The notes below the pieces were generated by a model that saw only the letters and a list, made by a program, of their open reading frames with translations, had not been told where the DNA came from and did no database searches. Below are positions 10,294 to 20,424 of a DNA stretch of 36,266 nucleotides, one piece after another. Position numbers and translations under genes: made by a program. The stretch lies in the IMG/VR virus record IMGVR_UViG_2529292919_000024. One strand, written 5' to 3'. Source of the stretch: a virus. Its lineage: Duplodnaviria > Heunggongvirae > Uroviricota > Caudoviricetes. Position 1 is the stretch's first letter, and each line of letters opens with the position of its first letter.

Positions 10294-12366
10294 TTACCAG
10301 CCTGTAATGTAGTTATCGCCCGCGTAAATATTCAGCCCCATACCGTCCTCGGTGACGCGGGAACTGGTCAGACGTAACCCCTCGCCAAGTTCGACGCGCA
10401 GCGAGGCTTCCGCATTCACTTTTTGTTCCTGCGGTTCCTTATCCGGGGCCGTCCATTTCTGATACAGGTCGGTTACAAAACCGCCCAGATACTCCCCGGC
10501 GACACTGCCCAGCGTGGCACCGGCAACCGTACCCAGCGGTCCGGCAAGGCTGCCAACGGCACCGCCGAGCCATGCACCGGCTGTACTGCCAATTGCGCCT
10601 GCTTTTTCATGGGGTGACGCCTGCTCATCCATCAGGACGGGGGCAAGCTGGAGTGCCCCCATTACCGGGCCACCCAGACGTGACAACGCACGACCGGCAC
10701 CTTTCCCCATCCAGCCCAGCGCCCCGGCACCTTTTGTCATAACCCGACCGATCGCACTGCCTGCAAGTTTGTTTCCGATACCGGAAAACCACCCGCCAAC
10801 AGCACGCCCGGCATCAGCCAGCTTTCCGACCGTTCCCGTAACCAGTTGCCCGGCAGCACTGCCTGCAAGCCTGCTCAGAAGACCGGATTTACCGGGTAAA
10901 GGTAATGGTGCAGGCCGTGCTGTTACCGGTACGCCGGGTGGGGGTAATGCCAGTACAGGGCGTGGTGCAGGTAATGCCAGCGGCTGTGGCCCGGACAGCA
11001 ATAACGGCTGGCGGGGTAACAGCGGGGCCATTCTTCCGCCGCTCCGTCCGCGACGACCGCCGCCACTCCCGTAGCCACCAAATCCACGGGGCCAGTTGAT
11101 GACAAACACACGCTGAATGCCGATACCCTGCAACAGCGTCTCAGACGTCATGGCATCCGGGACCGGCAGACCTGCCTGCCCACGTTTGCGGTTTCGCATC
11201 CAGCGCCACATACGACGCCCGGTTTTAAACGGATAACTGGCAACCTGCCATGAGGGTTTTGCCACAGCCCAGCCTGCTCTCAGGGCTTTATTGGCAAGCC
11301 AGACAGACACCAGAACAGCAGCCAGTTTTTTCAGGCTGACAATATTCTGGTCAACCCATGCCAGCGCATCTTTACCCGGTTTCAGCCAGCGCCATAATTC
11401 CTGTGCCGCGATTTTTACCGTTCTGAACGTGGTCAGAAATTTCTGACCAATGTTTTCTGCCAGTGCGTCAAGTTCCCCGGATTTATCCGCCATGTCGTGC
11501 CAGTTAAGCACCCGGCGCATCTCGTTCTTGATTTCTTCAAAAGGGCCGCTGTTTGCCACCTTTATGCGAAATTCAAGCAGGTTGGCTTCCATCTGGGCGA
11601 ACATCCCGTCCCAGGAGTTCATCGCACTGGCCTGTGCACCTTTTGACTGTTCTGACAGCGTTCTGAATACCGTCAGAATGGATTTCATGCCCAGCTTGCC
11701 CTTTGTACCCAGATCACGGATTTTTTTAACGTCCGTTCCCGTTGCATCCGCCAGCGCCTGATAAACGTTGATACCGTAACCGGTCAGCAGGTTGGCATCC
11801 GCCGCTGTGATTTGCTGGCGGGCAAACATCTGTTTCAGTTGCAGTGAGGCACCCTGTGCAGTGGGTAAATCCCAGCCGTGCATGGCCCCCTGATCCTGCA
11901 ACATGGTGATGAACTGTTTCGTCTGTTCATCCGTCATGCCGAAGCCTTTCGACGAACGGATCTCATCAAGAACACCACTCAGCCCCCACGTGGTGTCCTT
12001 CGCGTTCTGCTTCGCCCAGGCCATCATGGCCTGCGCTCTGGCCTTATCGCCGTGATACAGCGAGTTCATGGCGATGATCTGCTGCTCACGCTGGGCGGCT
12101 GCACCAATAAACAGTTTATTGGCGGTGTAACCCACGCCAGCGATACCCAGCGCCCCGGCTGACAGCATTCGGAATGTACGGGTTGACAGAGCCCCCATTC
12201 TGTCAATGGCACCAGAAACGCGCACAACCTCCATACGCAGGGCACGAAGGGAACTTTGCCCGCTACGGGACAGGGCGTTTATCTGGTTCGAATACTGGCG
12301 GGAACGCCGGGAAAGATTGCCATTAAGATCAATAATGACAGACGCCTTTAAGCGTTTCCCGGTCAT
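10294..12366 (-). CDS. Tail tape measure protein
   Basis: 690-aa ORF with an alpha-helical N-terminal part and a Gly/Ala/Pro-rich low-complexity C-terminal third. Positioned after sheath, tube and chaperone. AGGAAA RBS before the ATG. Confidence 0.85.
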   Translation of the reverse strand: MTGKRLKASVIIDLNGNLSRRSRQYSNQINALSRSGQSSLRALRMEVVRVSGAIDRMGALSTRTFRMLSAGALGIAGVGYTANKLFIGAAAQREQQIIAMNSLYHGDKARAQAMMAWAKQNAKDTTWGLSGVLDEIRSSKGFGMTDEQTKQFITMLQDQGAMHGWDLPTAQGASLQLKQMFARQQITAADANLLTGYGINVYQALADATGTDVKKIRDLGTKGKLGMKSILTVFRTLSEQSKGAQASAMNSWDGMFAQMEANLLEFRIKVANSGPFEEIKNEMRRVLNWHDMADKSGELDALAENIGQKFLTTFRTVKIAAQELWRWLKPGKDALAWVDQNIVSLKKLAAVLVSVWLANKALRAGWAVAKPSWQVASYPFKTGRRMWRWMRNRKRGQAGLPVPDAMTSETLLQGIGIQRVFVINWPRGFGGYGSGGGRRGRSGGRMAPLLPRQPLLLSGPQPLALPAPRPVLALPPPGVPVTARPAPLPLPGKSGLLSRLAGSAAGQLVTGTVGKLADAGRAVGGWFSGIGNKLAGSAIGRVMTKGAGALGWMGKGAGRALSRLGGPVMGALQLAPVLMDEQASPHEKAGAIGSTAGAWLGGAVGSLAGPLGTVAGATLGSVAGEYLGGFVTDLYQKWTAPDKEPQEQKVNAEASLRVELGEGLRLTSSRVTEDGMGLNIYAGDNYITGW

Positions 12367-12510
12367 AGAGATTTCCTGATTTAACGGTGATATTGAGAGA
12401 GGGTTTTAGCCTGCTGGCAGTGCCGGAAAAAGCGGGACAGCGGGAGAGACAAGGCCCATTCCGGGCCACTTTTCAGAATAACGCCAATCGCTGTCGCCGC
12501 TTTCTCAATA
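12367..12510 (-). other. Gap upstream of tape measure: candidate frameshift extension of the chaperone and/or late promoter
   Basis: 144 nt without a standard ORF. The +1 frame relative to the upstream gene is open from a G5 run near that gene's end right up to the tape-measure RBS. Position-wise a C-dependent late promoter could also sit here. Confidence 0.35.
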
Positions 12511-12945
12511 TCATTCCGGCACCGCAGCCACTCGCCCCCGTTCTTGCGTCAGCGATGCCGCCACAGCCATGTCGTGCATCTCTGTAGCCAGCGACAGACG
12601 CTGGAAGTCATCGACGGACAGCTTGCGCATCAGCGCCAGCGATAACGGGCCTTTGATGCAGCCCACGCTGGCAATCTGTCGGCGCAGCATTTCCAGTCCC
12701 ATCCGGGACGGGGAACTGACCAGCACCGGGCCTTCCTTGCTCATTACCAGCTTTTCAGCAGCCGCCTGTGCATCAATCAGATCGCCTGCGGTCAGTTCAC
12801 GCAGTGTCACGTCATACTGCATTTCAGTCTCGTCACCGGTGCCGAACGGCAGGCCGTCTTTCAGTTTCAGACCACCGGACTGAAGCTCAGCCACAATACT
12901 GTCACGCAGTTCCTGTGCTTCAGGACCTAAATTCATTTCGTCCAT
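12511..12945 (-). CDS. Tail assembly chaperone-position protein (Mu gp41-like)
   Basis: 144-aa acidic ORF between the tube gene and the tape-measure gene. Confidence 0.7.
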   Translation of the reverse strand: MDEMNLGPEAQELRDSIVAELQSGGLKLKDGLPFGTGDETEMQYDVTLRELTAGDLIDAQAAAEKLVMSKEGPVLVSSPSRMGLEMLRRQIASVGCIKGPLSLALMRKLSVDDFQRLSLATEMHDMAVAASLTQERGRVAAVPE

Positions 12946-12954
12946 TGTTTCCCC

Positions 12955-13311
12955 TTATGCAATGCGTTTGCTTTGTTTTGCCATCAGTACCAGCGAAATT
13001 TCGCCGCCGTCGTTTTTCGGTTCATCCGCCTGCCAGGCATTCGCCAGCATCCAGGTTTCACCGGTATCAGCCTGGAATTCGACGGTGATGTTTTCCCAGT
13101 CGATAATTTCATCCAGCCCGATGGGACCGCCCCCCGGAATTTTGCATTCCACTTTTGCGGCACGTGGTTTACCTTTCCAGCCATAAACCCGCGAGCCGGT
13201 CACTTCTTCACGGGTGATGCCGGAAGGCGTGAAGGAGGCACCTTCCATTGATTCAAGCTCCATGCCATTGACACGGATGAACGCCACCCCCTGACGCTGA
13301 TTTCCAGCCAT
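12955..13311 (-). CDS. M: Tail tube protein
   Basis: 118-aa ORF immediately after the sheath gene, the usual contractile-tail order. Confidence 0.8.
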   Translation of the reverse strand: MAGNQRQGVAFIRVNGMELESMEGASFTPSGITREEVTGSRVYGWKGKPRAAKVECKIPGGGPIGLDEIIDWENITVEFQADTGETWMLANAWQADEPKNDGGEISLVLMAKQSKRIA

Positions 13312-13320
13312 AAATGCTCC

Positions 13321-14808
13321 TTACAGAATGAACTGAACTTGTGCCGCGAAAATGCGGAACTGGTTAATCAGATTCGGGCCGCACAGCACATCAAGACGGT
13401 CTTTGTCGTCCTTGTTACGTGCCACATACAGCTCCTCTTTGAACGTGTCGAAATCCTCGACCAGTCCGGCGTTTTCCCATTCTTCAAACAGTGCCAGCAG
13501 CTCCGTTTTGATCACGGATGGCGTCACCACGGCCTGACCGGTGGCAAAGCGGGTGCCATCACTTGCCAGCTTGTAGTTCGGGAATTTCTGCGTGATGCGG
13601 GTTCGCAGCGAATAACGCAGATAACTCAGCGTGGCGATGGTATTCGCGTTCAGATAAGACGGATCGCTGTCACCGTACTTGTTTGTGCGGTACATCGTGA
13701 TCATGCGTTCAATCTGCATTTCACCACCATCATTCACGTTAAACGTGGAGATGCCGTCAAACAGCAGCGCATTACGTTCTGACCAGGTGAAACGATCCCC
13801 CACCGCAGGCGGCATTCTTCCGGGCAACGTCAGCGTCTGGAGTGGACGCGCCGGGTCGATGGAAAGCGCCTGGCTGGCAACGGCACACAGTGTGGCGGCG
13901 TACAGATATGACGGTTCCGGTGCACCGGCAATCCCCATACAGGAAATCAGATGGTCATTACGGCTGACACCAAACGTGGAAATATCCCCATACGTGCCGG
14001 ACAGCACTGTCACGGCAAAGCCATCAGCCTGATTGACCGGTCCCCAGCGTTCCTGCAATTCAGTGCGTAACAGATTCAGGTTCGGTTCATCGGTATAGGG
14101 CATCACAATATATTTGTATTGCAGATCGCCCATTCCCGCGATACTTGCGCTGATATCCGGGTTGCCATTTTTCCCGGAGGCGGCTTTGAATGCCGTGATA
14201 ATCCCGTAAGGGGTGGTTTCACCCGCGTAATAGTTCCAGCGCACGTCCACGGCAGATAATGCACCCGTAAATTTTGCACTCAGAACCACATCTGCATGGG
14301 TGTCATCATCCCCGCTGTCTGCGCGAACTTCTGCCGTCACCGGTAAATCAGGCTGGCCTTTGATTCGGGCAACCAGCAGGTCAGCCAGCGCCGCTCCCGT
14401 TGCACCTGCTGCGACAGATACCGCCAGTCGCTGACCGGCAATGTAAGTCACAAGCGAGCCGTTTTCGCCTGCCGTTCCTGACAGTGAGATTTCACCGACA
14501 GCAGCATTACCGGTGCCGTTTCCCTGCGGGATACACCACAGCTCCGCCACGCGGTTAGCGTTCAGGAATGCATCTGCCATCAGTGCCAGCATGGAACCCT
14601 GACCAAACGCCGCTCTGGCCTGTGAGCCGGAACGGATACGGACAGGCACGTCTGGTGCCGCACTGGCTTTACTTCCGCTTTGTCCGAACATCAGCACGCG
14701 CTGACGGGGGGCCGGTGTTCCGCTGACGGCATTACTGTTATCAAATTCGATATACGTCAGAGGAACGCGAACATCTGACGGGATCGCGTTAAATGAAATA
14801 TCGCTCAT
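13321..14808 (-). CDS. L: Tail sheath protein
   Basis: 495-aa ORF of the size and position of a myovirus sheath gene, with ATGA overlap to the upstream small ORF. Confidence 0.88.
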   Translation of the reverse strand: MSDISFNAIPSDVRVPLTYIEFDNSNAVSGTPAPRQRVLMFGQSGSKASAAPDVPVRIRSGSQARAAFGQGSMLALMADAFLNANRVAELWCIPQGNGTGNAAVGEISLSGTAGENGSLVTYIAGQRLAVSVAAGATGAALADLLVARIKGQPDLPVTAEVRADSGDDDTHADVVLSAKFTGALSAVDVRWNYYAGETTPYGIITAFKAASGKNGNPDISASIAGMGDLQYKYIVMPYTDEPNLNLLRTELQERWGPVNQADGFAVTVLSGTYGDISTFGVSRNDHLISCMGIAGAPEPSYLYAATLCAVASQALSIDPARPLQTLTLPGRMPPAVGDRFTWSERNALLFDGISTFNVNDGGEMQIERMITMYRTNKYGDSDPSYLNANTIATLSYLRYSLRTRITQKFPNYKLASDGTRFATGQAVVTPSVIKTELLALFEEWENAGLVEDFDTFKEELYVARNKDDKDRLDVLCGPNLINQFRIFAAQVQFIL

Positions 14809-15011
14809 TTCGATTTACTCCGTTTTTTCGGCGCAGCGTCGGTATCATCCGCCGTGTTTTCGGTGCTCCCGACTTCAACCACATCACCGGCTGCAAGGCG
14901 ACGTATCCAGAAACTGTTACGGGGCTTTTCTTCTCCCTCCGGAGCCAGTAATTTCATCGTGAGCGGGTCACGGATGGCTTTTCCCGCTGCGGGTTTAATT
15001 TTCAGCATCAT
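14805..15011 (-). CDS. Small protein (Mu gp38-like)
   Basis: 68-aa ORF, lysine-rich at the C-terminus, tightly packed between the neighbouring genes. Confidence 0.55.
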   Translation of the reverse strand: MMLKIKPAAGKAIRDPLTMKLLAPEGEEKPRNSFWIRRLAAGDVVEVGSTENTADDTDAAPKKRSKSK

Positions 15012-15543
15012 GATCCTTTTCCTGATTCACATTGATATGTGCGGCAAATTCCGGGGTTTCGTCCGGGAATTTCCAGGTCTGCCAGTGACGCTCGTAATCA
15101 TCCAGCGAATCCATGTCCACCACAGACGGCAGCGGGGTAGTGCCACTGAACAGAACGCCGTAAAGCACCACACCGGCATTGATTCGGTTGTCGTCACAAA
15201 GATTTCTGACCTGCGTCAGTCTCATCCCGGTGGTCGGGCCAAACGTCTGACCGTTAACACCGGCAATCAGTCGCTCCACAATCTGATAAATACCGGGCCG
15301 GTTTACCGGTTCCCCGTTCAGCAACTCCGCCACGACAAAAAATGCCCAGCGACTTTCAACTTCCCGACGCGTACGCCCCTCACCACAGCCCATCCATGCC
15401 AGAAATACCGATGGCGGGGCCAGAAAGAGACGGTGCACATCCTCGTTAGTCCATGTGCCGGTAATGGGTTCCACCTGCCGCAGGGTTGCCCCAAACAACT
15501 CACGAACGCGCGCCAGCAGTGCGGCTTCGGTTTCTTCCAGCAT
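14995..15543 (-). CDS. Head-tail joining / tail completion protein (Mu gp37-like)
   Basis: 182-aa ORF with a TGATG junction to the upstream gene. Confidence 0.65.
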   Translation of the reverse strand: MLEETEAALLARVRELFGATLRQVEPITGTWTNEDVHRLFLAPPSVFLAWMGCGEGRTRREVESRWAFFVVAELLNGEPVNRPGIYQIVERLIAGVNGQTFGPTTGMRLTQVRNLCDDNRINAGVVLYGVLFSGTTPLPSVVDMDSLDDYERHWQTWKFPDETPEFAAHINVNQEKDHDAEN

Positions 15544-15968
15544 CAGATAAACCCCTTCTGTTTTCGTGAGAAGACCGGCGCGTCAGACTGCACCTGCACA
15601 AGGTTTTCACCATCCGGCGAGGCTGCCGTCCTGCTTTCCACGCCGGGATCTGTTTTGCCATCGCGCACCTGTTCCAGCCAGCGCACTGTGTCCCTGTAGG
15701 CAGCGGTGATCTGCTCGGTGGGTTGTGATTCATTCAGATAAAACCAGGCCACCACGCAACACTGCCGTTTCAGCAGTGAGGGGACGACGGTAAGCGGCAG
15801 AACAAAGCGCGCGGCGAGATAGCCATCAATAAAGGCCGAAGCATCTGCCAGTGCCTGTTCTGCCACGGCATCATCCGGCTGCCCGTCCGCTGTTTTAGGG
15901 CGGGTGAGAATATCCAGCCGCGTACGTGTATAGCGGGCGCACAGGTCATTTACCGTCGCGTAATTCAT
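15543..15968 (-). CDS. Head completion protein (Mu gp36-like)
   Basis: 141-aa ORF, assigned by synteny. Confidence 0.65.
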   Translation of the reverse strand: MNYATVNDLCARYTRTRLDILTRPKTADGQPDDAVAEQALADASAFIDGYLAARFVLPLTVVPSLLKRQCCVVAWFYLNESQPTEQITAAYRDTVRWLEQVRDGKTDPGVESRTAASPDGENLVQVQSDAPVFSRKQKGFI

Positions 15969-16375
15969 GCATCCGCCTCAGCCAGCGCCGCTTTGATTTG
16001 CGCACTGCTCACCGGTTCCCCCAGCGCCGCACTGACGGCTTTCACTTTGGGTTCTCCCCCTGCGGTAAAGTGCTCCGGATTTGCCTTATCCAGACCGGCA
16101 ACGGTCGCACGGATACGGGTATTCAGATCGCCCACACCCAGAACGTCCAGCCCCCCAGCCTCAGCGAGCGTTTCTGCTGCCGTTGTCGATACAACAGACA
16201 GCACGCTGTCGGCACGGATAATCGCCAGTTGTTCTTCGGTGACTTCCACGGTGTTTTCGCCACGTGTAAAGGCGATTCCGGCGCGGCGGTAGACCGGACG
16301 AAGGCATTTAATAATCGCCGTGCAAGTGATGCGAGAAGTGTCCAGCCATTGTGAATTAAGCGAAGTGCCTGACAT
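15965..16375 (-). CDS. Hypothetical virion protein (Mu gp35-like)
   Basis: 136-aa ORF with an AGGAGG Shine-Dalgarno sequence about 10 nt upstream. Confidence 0.6.
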   Translation of the reverse strand: MSGTSLNSQWLDTSRITCTAIIKCLRPVYRRAGIAFTRGENTVEVTEEQLAIIRADSVLSVVSTTAAETLAEAGGLDVLGVGDLNTRIRATVAGLDKANPEHFTAGGEPKVKAVSAALGEPVSSAQIKAALAEADA

Positions 16376-16409
16376 AACACATGCTCCTCCTTTTCCTTTA
16401 AATCAGGTT

Positions 16410-16433
16410 AAAAGGCGGTCTGAACCGCCTTTT
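16410..16433. terminator. Intrinsic terminator hairpin downstream of the major head gene
   Basis: AAAAGGCGGT-CTGA-ACCGCCTTTT: a GC-rich stem flanked by an A run and a T run, so it works in either direction. It sits 8 nt after the T stop. Confidence 0.65.
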
Positions 16434-16441
16434 AATGACGG

Positions 16442-17359
16442 TTACAGGTAGTCAGCGACAACCAGTTGCAGCTTGCCCTTCATCTCGTTGGAGACGGTGG
16501 TATTGCCATCCGCGAACAGTTCACGGTTAAGCAGTTGCTCTGCGGCTTTTTCCAGCCCGACCGGTACAACGATATGTGTCGGCTTCAGGCCCAGCTTCTT
16601 ACCGCCATCACCTTCAAACGCACGCATCAGTTGCCAGCCCTTCCAGAGGTTATCCAGCGTCAGATCGCCTTTTACCGCGACAGCCATCTGCCAGAAGCCG
16701 TAACCGGCAGCACGGCGGGCGCTGGCACCAAACAGGAACTCGTTATCCATAAAAACGTGGTCGTCATCGATACGGGTACGTGCGACCAGTTCGGGTTTGC
16801 GGCGCTCCTGGAAAATCAGCGGTTTGACTGCGCGGGAACAGTCCAGCAGATAGAATGGCAGACCACTGAAGCTGTCCTGTTCAACGATGTTGGAGGTATT
16901 CGTTGCGTCGCCCGTGCCGTCCACATTCGGATATACCGGATGCTCCTTGTCGAAGAAGTTCTGACCGTCATAGCAGGGCTGGGTAAAGCCATCTTTCAGA
17001 AGTTTAAAAATCAGCTCATCCGGCTGAACTGCCGCAGAACGGCCCATCTCCTGAAAAATCGGCGCATAAATACCCAGATTGTCATCCTCGAAGTCATCAC
17101 GGGAAATACCCACGGTGCCTTCAAACGTTTTATTGGCGATGGAGTAGCCATGCGCTGCCATTTGCTGAATGGTTCGCTTACCCACCCATTCTTTCAGGGT
17201 CGGGAATTTACCCAGCCAGCCATAGGTATTGCTGCGGGTGGAGGAGTTCACCACCATTGCAATTTTGCTGTACTGCGACGGGGCGTCTTCAAGACCGCCC
17301 TGAAAATCCTTACGCCAGGAGGTCATCAGGGCTTTAATGGATGCCGGGGTGACAATCAT
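16442..17359 (-). CDS. T: Major head (capsid) protein
   Basis: 305-aa ORF following the protease/scaffold gene, with a terminator downstream. Confidence 0.88.
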   Translation of the reverse strand: MIVTPASIKALMTSWRKDFQGGLEDAPSQYSKIAMVVNSSTRSNTYGWLGKFPTLKEWVGKRTIQQMAAHGYSIANKTFEGTVGISRDDFEDDNLGIYAPIFQEMGRSAAVQPDELIFKLLKDGFTQPCYDGQNFFDKEHPVYPNVDGTGDATNTSNIVEQDSFSGLPFYLLDCSRAVKPLIFQERRKPELVARTRIDDDHVFMDNEFLFGASARRAAGYGFWQMAVAVKGDLTLDNLWKGWQLMRAFEGDGGKKLGLKPTHIVVPVGLEKAAEQLLNRELFADGNTTVSNEMKGKLQLVVADYL

Positions 17360-18441
17360 TTTTCTTGTTCCTGTTTCATTTTCAGATACTCAGCCTCTGT
17401 AATGCCGAGCGCCTTCACTGCTGCCTGTTCATCAGCAGACAGCACCGCCACCGCCGGTTTTTCCTGCGACGGAATTTTCGCTGTGGTGGTCTGCATGGCA
17501 GATAACGCAGCGATGGGCTGTTTTTTCTCAAGCTGTGCCGACAGTGCCGCCACGCCAATCTGACCGCCAAGCTGTTCCAGGTAAGGGCGTTCGCTTTTGA
17601 AAATGCGGCCTTCCTGTTCCGCCTTGTCCAGAACGGCGCTCAGGCTGGCTGTGGCACTTTGTGCAGTCGCCTGTGCCAGTTCATCACGCAGGGCGTTGTA
17701 GCTTTCCACCGGGACGTATTTCGTCAGGTCAACGGCGGCTTTCTGTGCCTTTTCCAGTTCGGCGGATAACGACGCCACTTTTCCGGCATCTGTTTCGAGT
17801 GCATCAAGCGCACTCAGGGCCGCGCTGGCCTGTTCATCGGTGATGTCTGCATTTTCGGGGACCGTCACCCCAAGACGCGCAAGCAGCTTGCGCAGCGTTT
17901 CATTCATGGGTTTGTTCTCCTGTTGAAGGATGTCGGGAAGGTCTGCCGCCAGTGCGGTCAGCTTTTTCATGCCGGTGGCACCGGGGTCATTGGTCAGCGC
18001 AGCAAGGCGGATTTGCAGCACCGCACCGGTGGCGGTGTCATACGGAAAAACCGCAGAGAGATAACCAAATTCGCCGTCATCGATGCGCTGCTGTGCCGCC
18101 GCCGTCCAGCGTGGGTGGATAAATAATCCTTCACCTTCACGCCACTGCATTTCATCGGCGTTAAACCAGCCAGCCGCGACGAGTTGTTCCGGGGGTAATC
18201 CTTTGTCCTTACGTAGCTGGTTATGCTCGTAATCAATCAGCACGTCCTGGTTGAGCGCGCGAACGCCTTCAACCAGACGCCCGGCAATCTCACCGTCGAT
18301 GAACCACCCCTGACCACCTGTCACATCAAACGGACGACCATCACGGGCACTGAAATGACCGGCAGGCAATAGCTGGCACCAGCCGTCATCGTCAATGGAC
18401 AGCGCATTCAGTGCGGCAATGCCAATCGCGTGTTTTTTCAT
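17356..18441 (-). CDS. I: Head protease / scaffold protein
   Basis: 361-aa ORF with an N-terminal protease-like domain and an Ala/Glu/Gln-rich coiled-coil scaffold C-terminal half. ATGA overlap with T. Confidence 0.85.
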   Translation of the reverse strand: MKKHAIGIAALNALSIDDDGWCQLLPAGHFSARDGRPFDVTGGQGWFIDGEIAGRLVEGVRALNQDVLIDYEHNQLRKDKGLPPEQLVAAGWFNADEMQWREGEGLFIHPRWTAAAQQRIDDGEFGYLSAVFPYDTATGAVLQIRLAALTNDPGATGMKKLTALAADLPDILQQENKPMNETLRKLLARLGVTVPENADITDEQASAALSALDALETDAGKVASLSAELEKAQKAAVDLTKYVPVESYNALRDELAQATAQSATASLSAVLDKAEQEGRIFKSERPYLEQLGGQIGVAALSAQLEKKQPIAALSAMQTTTAKIPSQEKPAVAVLSADEQAAVKALGITEAEYLKMKQEQEK

Positions 18442-18637
18442 GTCCTGCTGCTCATCATGGTTTGTGAGCAGTCAGTTTGCGGGAGGTGCGGGAAAATCTG
18501 GGGTTATGCTATTTGAGTACTGGAGAAAGAAAGCGGAAGGAAGATAAAACGGGATTCATACACCGTTAAATACCGGTTTAAAAATCCCGTGGCGCGTTTT
18601 AAAAAATCTGTGCGGCTGATTTCATGTCTGATTCCGT
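18442..18637 (-). promoter_or_regulatory. Central intergenic region: expected late promoter for I and, by position, a strong gyrase site candidate
   Basis: 196-bp non-coding gap almost exactly at the genome centre, between the G-like and I-like genes. Assigned by positional homology to Mu only. Confidence 0.4.
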
Positions 18638-19108
18638 TTATTGCCTCAGAGCGGCGCTGACGCGTTTTCTGATGGCATCAAAAATTTCCTGTTCCCCGGT
18701 CTTATCCAGCCCCATATAAGGACGCGCAGGAACGCCTGCCGGGCGGGGTGCCATATCGGGTGTACCGCCCCACTGATGAATGGCAGCATAAATTTTTGGC
18801 GAACCAATCAGGGCATAATCCTGTCCATAATCGGTGGTAATACTGCGTGCCAGATCGCCATGCAGGGTAAGGATACTGCCCGGAACAAAACCATGATCCT
18901 GACGCCATGCCAGCCACGAATCGCTCCACGCTTCCCAGCCTTTCCCTGTATCCGGGTCTGCCTGCCGTTCAAATGCCTGTTCCGTGGATGACAGCAGCGC
19001 CGCAGCCATCACTCGGGGAATGGCGCGGTCACGTGTGACGGTTCCCAGTTCATCCAGCGCAAGCTGAATACGTCGCACATCCACGGCAACGTTCATATCA
19101 AGACTCAC
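18638..19108 (-). CDS. G: Virion morphogenesis protein G-like
   Basis: 156-aa ORF with ATGA-type overlap to F. Confidence 0.75.
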   Translation of the reverse strand: MSLDMNVAVDVRRIQLALDELGTVTRDRAIPRVMAAALLSSTEQAFERQADPDTGKGWEAWSDSWLAWRQDHGFVPGSILTLHGDLARSITTDYGQDYALIGSPKIYAAIHQWGGTPDMAPRPAGVPARPYMGLDKTGEQEIFDAIRKRVSAALRQ

Positions 19109-20424
19109 TTATTCACCTCCACATGCCCCTCCAGTACGTCAATCATCCCGTCAGCAATCGCGGCTTCAAGCGACTGTGCAGATACGCGGCTGATACTGAC
19201 CAGCACATCCGCCCGGTCATTCTGCCTGCCGACTGTCTGTGATGTTCTGACCACAATCCGGGCCGTGCCGTCACGGGTTGCCACAACATACAGCAACTGG
19301 TGGTTCTCCCTGTCCCACAATACTGCCTGTGGTTTTGCCATCAGCGACGGCAGATGCTGTAAATCCTCCGGTTTCAGGGCGGCATCAGCAGTGGTCGCCA
19401 GACTTTTCCCGTTCATCACAAGCAGACGGGCTGGCATATTCCCGGTGCGCTGATGTACGGCTTCAGCTACCGATTCCGTCATAAAACCCAGTGCCCGGAT
19501 TTCATGACCGGTCTGACGTGATCCTGCCAGGCGTTTAAGCCAGAGGGAAAAAGCAAGCTGACGCTCCCGGCTGTTATTCAGCGTCTGCACAACCTGCTCA
19601 CACAGTTGCGCGTCGCGAATTTCCACCAGTTTTCGAATCAGTGCCTGATCCGTACCAAACGCCGCCGAACCCGGGTTATATGACCAGCCCACATCCGGCG
19701 TCATTTTTACCCGACCGTTGTCAAACGTGGTTGACGATGTGCGGAAAATCTCTCCGGTGCTTTCATCCGTACCGGCATCCACTTCGCGGGTATTCATGAA
19801 TGACGCACCATAACTGACCTGTAGCCCCAGTTCTTTCATGCGGGCCGCAGACAGCGCCCGGACGCGACAGCGGCAGTTCCAGCCATTGGGCGGGTAATGC
19901 GTCTGCCAGAAAATGTCGTCATACCTGAAAACCATATTGTGCAGCCGCGCATGTTCCGGGCGTGTTCTGCCATCCATAACGGCAACGTACTGCCAGTACG
20001 GGTACAAATCGGCGGTATTCATCATCTGCGCATAACGTCCTGCCCCATACGCCGTACGGGTATTGACGTTATAAATGGTTGCCAGACGACGCGGACTGCC
20101 CAGCTCGATTTCCTTCGCGTTTCCGTCTGCATCCACGATGATTTGTTTTCCCCACCATCCGAGTTTTTGCAGCCGGGGGGCCAGTGTGCGGGTAAATTCC
20201 TCACGGGTGATGCCTTCACTGACAGCCCGCTCCACTTCCTCACGGATTGTGGTCAGTACATCCATCCGGGTGGCTTTGGCAACGGTAAAGGCGCGTGCGT
20301 GCGCGTCTGCCAGTTGTTCGTACCAGTTCCAGGTGATGTTGTAGCCTTTGGCGCGGAAATACGCGACAGCCTCCTTTGGCGGGAGGCGTGCGGCATACGC
20401 CAGATCAATGGTCTGCTGCGGCAT
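19105..20424 (-). CDS. F: Head morphogenesis protein F-like
   Basis: About 439 aa from the ATG at 20424, which has a GGGGG Shine-Dalgarno sequence. The ORF track extends in-frame to 20460. Overlaps the portal gene 3' end. Confidence 0.8.
   Translation of the reverse strand: MPQQTIDLAYAARLPPKEAVAYFRAKGYNITWNWYEQLADAHARAFTVAKATRMDVLTTIREEVERAVSEGITREEFTRTLAPRLQKLGWWGKQIIVDADGNAKEIELGSPRRLATIYNVNTRTAYGAGRYAQMMNTADLYPYWQYVAVMDGRTRPEHARLHNMVFRYDDIFWQTHYPPNGWNCRCRVRALSAARMKELGLQVSYGASFMNTREVDAGTDESTGEIFRTSSTTFDNGRVKMTPDVGWSYNPGSAAFGTDQALIRKLVEIRDAQLCEQVVQTLNNSRERQLAFSLWLKRLAGSRQTGHEIRALGFMTESVAEAVHQRTGNMPARLLVMNGKSLATTADAALKPEDLQHLPSLMAKPQAVLWDRENHQLLYVVATRDGTARIVVRTSQTVGRQNDRADVLVSISRVSAQSLEAAIADGMIDVLEGHVEVNK

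Noticed and set aside
10514-11074. 186-aa Pro-rich plus-strand ORF inside the tape-measure gene
   Set aside because: It is the antisense reading of the Gly/Ala/Pro-rich low-complexity region of the tape measure and is not an independent gene.
14854-15699. 281-aa plus-strand ORF antisense to the gp36/gp37/gp38-like genes
   Set aside because: Same reasoning: antisense to syntenic tail/head-completion genes, Arg/Pro/Ser-rich low-complexity translation, no translation signals.
16466-17563. 365-aa plus-strand ORF antisense to the major head and protease genes
   Set aside because: It lies entirely antisense to two well-supported, tightly coupled structural genes. It has no RBS, and its composition (Gly/Ala/Arg/Cys-rich) is what antisense frames of GC-rich coding DNA produce.
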